DNA from: Catajapyx aquilonaris
Taxonomy: Eukaryota
DNA: 64,000 bases
Assembly: GCA_000934665.2 (NCBI GenBank)
Contig: JYFJ02000731.1
Span: 1 to 64,000, forward strand
Direction of reading: 5' to 3'
Positions 56,601-64,000 of this stretch are shown one piece after another; within the stretch, counting starts at the first letter, position 1, and every line of letters begins with the position of its first letter. The notes under the pieces were generated by a model. It made no database searches. It was not told the origin of the DNA and saw only the letters and a program-made list of their open reading frames with translations. The position numbers were made by a program, and so were the translations under genes.

Positions 56601-59600
56601 GTGAACACAGAGGATTGCGTGGTCCGGCCTCTCTTCCGGTGCGCCGCTGATGCAGTAGTAGCAGTCGCCCAGGATCTTGATTCGCAGCTGGTGGTATTTC
56701 TGCAGACATTGCATAAGCAAATGTGTAATTAGGCGCTGTGTAAAGACTAATTAGCGCCGCTTACTTTACTTGTGTTCATGCACCTGGAGAACAGTATGTC
56801 AACAATGTGCATTAATTGCATCGTAATTGCGCGAAAAAAAGAGATTGAATCATCATTTATATGCAAAGCCATCGAAATCGACGGCTAGAGACAAGGATGA
56901 TGGATTGATTGGCGTAAATTATATGGTGAGGGGCAAAGGCTCGATATTCGCACAATTTTTTTTTTCTTCTTCACTCCAGCTCGACGCGTCCTGTCGACGC
57001 GGTTTCCATTTAATGGAAATCGATATCTTTTTCGTACAGAATCGGGCTTAATTATGTCTTGAATGGGCCCACTCGACAAGGGATGTCTTTTCCCCCATTT
57101 GACGACACTGCTTTAATTAGTGAGCTGCGCCGCCCAACTTTTACCCAATGGTTGCACTGACTATAATCATTCCAACGCTCGCACATAAAAGGGGGGGCTT
57201 GTCTAATCAGGAATTTAAGATAATTAAGACGAAAGAAGCCGTTATATCGCACATCATTTGCATACACATGATGGGTGAAAAAAAGTCGTAAAAATATCAC
57301 GCATAGAATAAGCGTGATCACGTCACTCATAGCCTATACGCATATAGTCACGCATGAATTTTTTAACGAGCGCAACCGAATACGCACCGAAGTTCGCGCA
57401 GAGTGCAGATTTGGCATTATCACAATGATAGCTGGAAATCTCTCTGCATGGTGGGTGTACATCCAGCTTACGTTTCTCGAATCTAAGTAAGCCGAACGTA
57501 TCTCGAATCTAAGTAAGCCGAGTTCATGTAACTCGAATCGCTTAAGTCGACTGTTACGTATCTCGACTCTACGTAAGCCGAGTTCACGTATCTCGACTCT
57601 ACGTAAGCCGAGTTTTACGTATCTCGAACCTCGTAGCTCCTGTTTACGTAACTCGAAACGCAACTCGAGTTTACGTAACTAGAATCAGGTAAGTCGAATT
57701 TTAAGTATCTCGAATATACGTAACTTAAGTTTTCGTAACTCGAATTTACGTAACTTAAGTTTTCGTAACTCGAATATACGTAACTAAAGTTTTAGTAACT
57801 CGAATATACGTAACTAAAGTTTTCGTAACTCGAATTTACGTAACTAAAGTTTTAGTAACTCGAATATACGTAACTTAAGTTTTCGTAATTCGAAATTACG
57901 TAACTCGAGCTTACGTATCTCGAATCTACGTAACTCGACGAGCTTGTGTCTCGAATCTACGTAACTCGACGAGCTTGTGTCTCGAATCTACGTAACTCGA
58001 CGAGCTTGTGTCTCGAATCTACGTAAGCCGAGTCAACGTAACTCGAGCTTACGTTTCTCGTAATTTACGGAATTTTGTATTGGTAAATAAGCGATGCGCA
58101 CTATTATTTCCAACGCTACGATTGGAGGGGAACAATATGGCCGACGTTTGCGACGTTGCCAATGCTCTGGATGGAACCTCAGAGGTTATGAGTGTGAATT
58201 ATTATGTGTCATCTGGCGAGTAACTCTGGCAACGTAGTCAGAACATCAATGGAGCTGCGCGAGTGTGGGTGCGCACTCGGTTGAATTCGTTTAAAAAAAA
58301 AGAAAAAAGAAATCTCGTCACGTATATTTCTGCACGTTTATTCCGTTTGATCCCCCAGCTAACAAGGGCAGTAACCGGACTCCAGTCCAGAAGACAAATG
58401 TGTGACAATTTCTTTTCCCGTTTCCTCTCCGGGGAACCGAATCATCAGATGTAACTGGAGACAACTGGTGAGAAAGAAAGGAAATGATTGGGAAAGCTAC
58501 TCACATCGGCCAATTTGTCAAACCTGGCGAAGAGCTCGTTGAGTATGGCGACCAGTTCAGAGGCTGAGTAGGACGAAGAGATGGCGGTGAATCCAACAAT
58601 GTCTGCATACAGGATGCTGCAATCAGATAAGGAGTTATTAGCACGTTATGTACACAGTAAAGATTTTTTTTTTTGGGGGGGGGGGGCCATAATTTATATT
58701 ACTTGATGAATCACTAACCTGACATTTTCATGTCGACTCATGTAGATACGTTTGAATTGTCCGTCTCCGGTTTGTCCCCATTCTTGGCGCATCTTGACGG
58801 CCAAGTGCTCCGGAAGCACCGACAGCAGCAGTCGCTCCTTCAAATAACGACAACAACAAACAACATCAGCGACTATAGCATCAGCAGCTTTCCCTTATCC
58901 ATCAGCCAGGCTTGACATTTTGTACGAATCAAGATTGAGAATCTGACTTTTTTTTAGCTGAAAAAGTAGGGGGGAAAAAACGTGACGCGACTCGACCATG
59001 CTTTTAAAAGGTTGCTTTCTACCAGGAAAAGGACGTGACATGAGAGAGAGTGAGCTAGAGAAAAAATGTGACGCCTAACTCAAGTTTTGCTGATGAAAAA
59101 AATGCTATAGGTTTTTATAGTCAGTTGGCAACTTCAATAGTAATGCGATTTGAACGTTTAGAAGACGAGGAAAGCTTCTTGCACTTTGTCAAATTATCGG
59201 TTCTTTGATTATACGGAAACTCGAATATACGTAACTCGAGCTTACGTATCTCGAATGTATGTAAGCCGAGTTCACGTAACTCGAATCGCGTAAGTCGACT
59301 TTTACGTATCTCGAATCAACGTAGCTCAAGTTTACGTAACGAGAATCACGTAAGTCGACTTTTACGTATCTCGAAACGCAACTCAATAAGATTACGTAAC
59401 TCGAATCACGTGAGTCGACTTGTACGTATCTCGAATCACCGTAGCTCAAGTTTACGTAACTCGAATCACGTAAGTCGACTTTTACGTATCTCGAATCAAC
59501 GTAGCTCAAGTTTACGTAACGCGAATCACGTAAGTCGACTTTTACGTAACTCGAATCAACGTAGCTCAAGTTTACGTAACGCGAATCACGTAAGTCGACT

Positions 59601-61195
59601 TTTACGTATCTCGAATCAACGTAGCTCAAGTTTACGCAACGAGAATCACGTAAGTCGACTTTTACGTATCTCGAAACGCAACTCAATAAGTTTACGCATC
59701 TCGAATTTACGAAACTTAAGTGAACTTCTCTGGAAACGCAACTCAACAGATATATTAACCACAGACATTAACTTGATTTCATATTCAAATAATTTTTTCT
59801 TCATAATAATACAAGTAGACCTATCGCAATAGCTTTAACAGTTAAATCACGAATTGTGTAGTGTTTGATGATGATAATTCAGATTAACTTCTGTTCAGAT
59901 ATTTAATGAAATTTTGTGCACATTTGGACAAGGTTGGTTCTAGAATTGCGCCTCTTATTGTTGTGTGTTTTATGGCGCTTTCTTTTTGGAGGCGTATCAA
60001 CGTATAAAGGGAATGATTAACACTCTGCAAACACTAATTACAGACGCGTTTGATTTATTAGATTCATGGCTGTGACAGTTTAACCTCCTGTTTTCAGAGG
60101 TGAGGCGGAATTACTGGCCAATTAATTTTCTCAATGAGTTTTCGACACTCAAATGGGCAAAACGTCACATCTGAAGCGAATTTAATTCCGCAGTGTTTGT
60201 GCGCTTCATTATATTTTCTAAACTGTGGTCATCTTTGAAATGTGCAAGAATTATGCAAAAAAAAAAAAAACCTTTTTCTCAACTATCGGTATATAGGAAA
60301 ACCGACTTTCCTCTTTTGAACTTATTAATAGGAACAACCTCCACCAAGAAAAAAAAAAAATTATTGATGCTCGTGATGAAAATGATCCTGGACTTTTCTT
60401 TGAGGTCGTTTGGGTCAATTTACACAAGAGTCTACAAAGGATGTGTGCCAGGGTCGTTTTTTTGTTGATGCGAAACCTCCGCATTTCTCAGTGGAAGTAA
60501 TTACTAACGATGTAAAAAATGAAGAAAAAAATAAATCACATTATTGAACTATTAAAACCCATATCAGGGAGCGTAATATACTACATAAGAGGCGCAAACA
60601 TTCGATTTCCGCGTCTCTCTGTTTGAGACGTTGCCAAGGCTGGCGGCCATTTTGAAGTGGGGGCACCGCCAACGAGGTATAAATAGGGTACAGGCAAAAA
60701 TAGGGTCCGCCATCTTTGATTCGCGCGTGTTCTTGCCGTGTAGTTGCCATGGCCGCCAAAACCATCAAAGATGGCGGACCCTATTTTTGCCTGTACCCTA
60801 TTTATACCTCGTTGGCGTTACCCACACTTCAAGATGGCTGCCAGCCTTGGCAACGGCCCCAAACAGAGAGACGCGAACATCACAGGCGCCGACAGAAGTT
60901 TGCGCCTCTTATGTAGTATTATTATGCTCCATGCCCATATGACGGAAAAACCGCAATTGAATTTCATAATTTCGCAATTTTTTCACTTATGATCGTCACA
61001 TTTAAAAAAAATAAAAATTCTATCAATCTCTCATAGTATAAACGGGAAAGTTTGTCCGTATGTTTGTATGTCCGGGTTACCTAACCCACTTTCGGACTAC
61101 CGAGAGTTTGAAACTTTGCACACAGATGATGATGATGATGCCCCAAAAAATGAAGAATTTCCCCCTGCTTTCAGCGTGCAGTGTGACTTGAATAT

Positions 61196-61261
<66 letters not shown>

Positions 61262-64000
61262 GATAATAATAATAATAATTCATACCCCGTTATCAGCCGG
61301 CGGCTCTTTAGGGGGGATATTTTTTTTTACTGGAACTCTTCGTTTCGTTTTTACTGCTATTTTTGGGATAGGATAGGAAAGGAAGGAGGCGGCTGTGGCC
61401 TATTAGTTTAGGAAACAACTCCGGAATTCTCCTGGAGGAACCGTGGGAATAAACCACAGAAAACCACGGTTAGAGTTGCCGGCATCGGGATTCGAACCCA
61501 GGACCTCCCGATTAGAAGCCGGATACCATATCCCCTCCGCCACCACTGCTTCGGTGTGACTTGAATATGTACGCACACTTGCAAAATTCTACTTTTTGCA
61601 AATTTTTCTCGCATCAAAATTTGAGCACCTTCCCAGGGTTATTTTTGACTAAATAACGGATTTGTCACACCTTTTTTTTCAAAAAAAAAAACAAAACACG
61701 ACACAAGCGATGAATTTTGGATGATGAATTCATCCCCCTTCCTAGCCCCACCACCACCACCACCACCACCCCAGCCACCCACCCAAAAACAGCAGGGCCT
61801 GCCCTCAATACGGTTTCCATGGCAACCCCTCAGCCTCCCAAACCCCCTCTGCCAACCCCTCCCAAAAAGAGAATAATGTGCATCCCTGTACCCACAGTCG
61901 GTTTTGCAAAATAAAAAAAAATATATCGCGGAAAAAACCAGGTTTAAAAAAAAAAGAGACGAAAGAGTTGTCCAATTTATGGTAATGACAAATGCCATTT
62001 GGACGCTGCTAACACTTTATGTAAATGTTGTTGCACACTGTTCAGGTGTGCAAGGCTATAAATAATTGTTGGAATTTAATTGCACAAAAAAATAATGTCA
62101 TGACCACAGAAATACATTTTCCGGCTGAAAACTATGGTCATTCTTTTCCAGAAGGATATTGGTGCAAACGGACCATTACTTGCTCTGATCATATACAGGG
62201 TGGTCCAACTTCAAGTGTCGTTTTATAACGGCTATTTATAGAAGCGCTTTACGATTATCGTAGCAGCGACGTGTAAAATGGCCCACTTCGGCGCCATCGA
62301 AAATATTAGCTGTGTTTCGTTTGCAGGCTTCCCCCTTGCTTTACAGGTCCTTGGTCCATCTGGTGCCTTGGACGTCACCCATTTCACCCAGGCGCATCGC
62401 AGGTCATGTGTGCACCTACTTTTTTCCAGGTCAACCCAGCAGCAGGGTTAATTACATGTGTGCTGCTATTGGCAGCTAATATTTTCGATGGCGCCGAAGT
62501 GGGACATTTTACACGTCGCTGCTACGTCATCGCAAAATCACTGCTATTAATCGCCGTTATAAAACGACACTTGAAGTTGGACCACCCTGTATACACCAGC
62601 ATATATTCGCAACATTACTGTAATTGATGGGTATATGTTGCTTTAAAAATGGCAATATTCGCAAATGGGTTTCGTGAAGTACGCCGCAGCAATTGTGGTC
62701 TTCGGGTTGTAATTGCAGGGGAGTGATGAGGTGGGGGGGGGGGGAGGATTTTTGTCACCAATGGTATATATTCAGAGGGTAATGACCTGGACAGACCCCA
62801 CGCTGGTTTCGCAATCAGCAAATGACAATTATTAAAGCCGCAACGCCGCAGATATTGAATATTAATTCGTGGCACATCTGACATTTTGCTCTCCCAGTTC
62901 AGTTAATTCAGCTCACGTTCATTGTGAAGAGATGATTGCGCCGATTATGTGCTTATTGTATAAAATTTCCACAGTCTTGTAATTACGGTCATATTATTTA
63001 TTATTCAATTATGGACATAACGTACTAGAAGTAATGCTAACTCTTATAAGTCAGGTTACGTGCTCTATCTGCGGCTTGCCTCCGTCACATCTGAAAACTC
63101 CCAAACTTATTAAATTTTCGCGAAATGCGACGATTTCAGCAAATTCGTCTCATTATATCTTCTGCGCAGTCTGGGTGCGCAGACCACGGCCTATTACTTA
63201 GATCGCGCAACTCCCTCCTCATATGGAAAGATAGGGAGATGCCGGGGGGCTGGCGCAGACTATGTGCGCAGATTGTGTGCGCAGATTGTATTATGCGAAG
63301 TCTGGATGCGCAGACCACGGCCTATTACTTAGATCGCGCAACTCCCTCCCCATATGGATAGATAGGGAGTTGCCGGGGGGCTGGCGCAGACTATGTGCGC
63401 AGATTGTGTGCGCAGATTGTATTATGCGCAGTCTGGGTGCGCACTGACCTGCTCGTTGGCGCGCTCTTCAATCTCGAGCCTGGTCTCGAGGGAATGTCTG
63501 GTCTCGAGGAATGACTTGCGTTGCTTGGCGTCGGCGAGGTAGTAGGCGAGGAGGCCCAAGGAGTTGGCGGCCAGGAGCATCAGGGCATTGGCTGCCAGCT
63601 GCTCGGGGAAATGGGGCGGCAGGGATGCCAGCTGGAGAGTCAGGAGCAGCAGGGATGCCAGGTGGGCGGTGGCCGCAGCCACTCCCAGGAGCACCAGGTG
63701 CGACAGGCGCTGAGGAAGCGTCACGTACAGAAGGAAGGAGAGAAGGAGGAGCCAGCCCAGGGCGTCGCTCGAGGGCGGCACAGGGGCGGTTCGGAGCAGG
63801 TGCGCTGGAGCCAGAGCAGCCAGAGCCAGGAGCCAGGCGACCAAGGGCAGGAGGCGCCAGAAGAGCGACGAGGACGCGGCGCTGCGTCTCTTCCGCCTGC
63901 ACAGCGCCCAGAGAGCCAGGCATCCGCCCAGGGTGACGCCCAGCCACCACCTCAGCCCCCACTGCCACTTGCTAGGAAGGTTGCTGGCCGCGACACTTCC
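50692..64000 (-). CDS. Ac3: Transmembrane adenylyl cyclase, type 3-like (5' end outside window)
   Basis: C1: [60 protein letters not shown]2: [60 protein letters not shown]. Two TM clusters. The KPHYDIW and CLRFLNE variants point to the ADCY3 clade. Confidence 0.93.
54931..55250. mobile_element. Fold-back element, possibly nested MITEs
   Basis: Outer arms ttaacgagtctccgcatccccggatgtggcgc / gcgccaaatccggggtggcggaggacttgttaa; inner arms cactgtaccaaa...tttggtacagtg (about 54962-55207) with long internal complementarity. Confidence 0.75.
55900..56470. repeat. About 159-bp tandem array of hairpin-forming units (GGTCGTGCGACC core)
   Basis: Unit starts at 55961, 56112, 56271 and 56430; each unit holds inverted arms gctcaaatcgtgag / ctcacgatttgagc. 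Confidence 0.9.
60565..60933. mobile_element. MITE family 1, copy 3
   Basis: cagggagc...gctccatg palindrome flanked by a direct 7-bp cccatat duplication. Confidence 0.92.
61199..61553 (-). mobile_element. tRNA-derived SINE with (TTA)n tail
   Basis: Minus strand shows A-box TGGCGGAGGGG, loop CTTCTAA, B-box GGTTCGAATCC, a Nin/Deu-like core (GGTTTTCTGTGGTTT..GGCCACAGCCGCCTCCTTCC) and a (TTA)n tail. Perfect 18-bp TSD gtgtgacttgaatatgta at 61181-61198 and 61554-61571. Confidence 0.92.
62196..62589. mobile_element. Tc1/mariner-type MITE
   Basis: TA-cagggtggtccaacttcaagtgtcgttttataacggc ... gccgttataaaacgacacttgaagttggaccaccctg-TA; long TIRs and TA target duplication. Confidence 0.92.
63162..63445. 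repeat. 131-bp tandem duplication rich in TGCGCA
   Basis: agaccacggcc at 63181 and 63312; about 2.2 units abutting a cyclase splice donor. Confidence 0.9.

Larger units (their letters stand above)
53130..59745. repeat. TACGTA/TCGA-based satellite family, three arrays (about 53130-54030, 57465-58070, 59215-59745)
   Basis: Units built from ttacgtaactcgaa / ttacgtatctcgaa in three different cyclase introns. Confidence 0.92.

Noticed and set aside
61470..61553. Functional tRNA-Arg(TCT)
   Set aside because: The acceptor stem is not formed; it is the head of a SINE with a tail and TSD.

Overview
Gene-dense invertebrate (most likely arthropod) nuclear DNA with short GT-AG introns. In order it carries: a selenocysteine tRNA (UCA), MED30, WDR43/UTP5, four divergent paralogues encoding coiled-coil proteins with a C-terminal PB1-like domain, an atypical PKA catalytic-subunit homologue, a PDGF/VEGF-receptor-type tyrosine kinase, two orphan genes, an intronless SINA-type RING gene, TOP3A, FBXO36, a Myb/SANT (MSANTD3-like) gene, a domesticated hAT/BED gene and the 3' part of a type-3-like adenylyl cyclase (minus strand, runs off the window). 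Large introns hold several MITE families, a tRNA-derived SINE with an 18-bp target-site duplication, and satellites built on short palindromes. The strongest lead is the non-histone RING gene at 32743-33315: it has CCAAT/TATA upstream and a canonical replication-dependent histone mRNA stem-loop plus a purine-rich downstream element 53 nt after its stop. Other leads are the PB1-like coiled-coil family with variable N-terminal micro-exons, and the PKA-like kinase that has lost R-subunit contact residues and carries its own RRAS motif. Gene models were spliced by eye and family assignments come from remembered motifs; no database searches were run.
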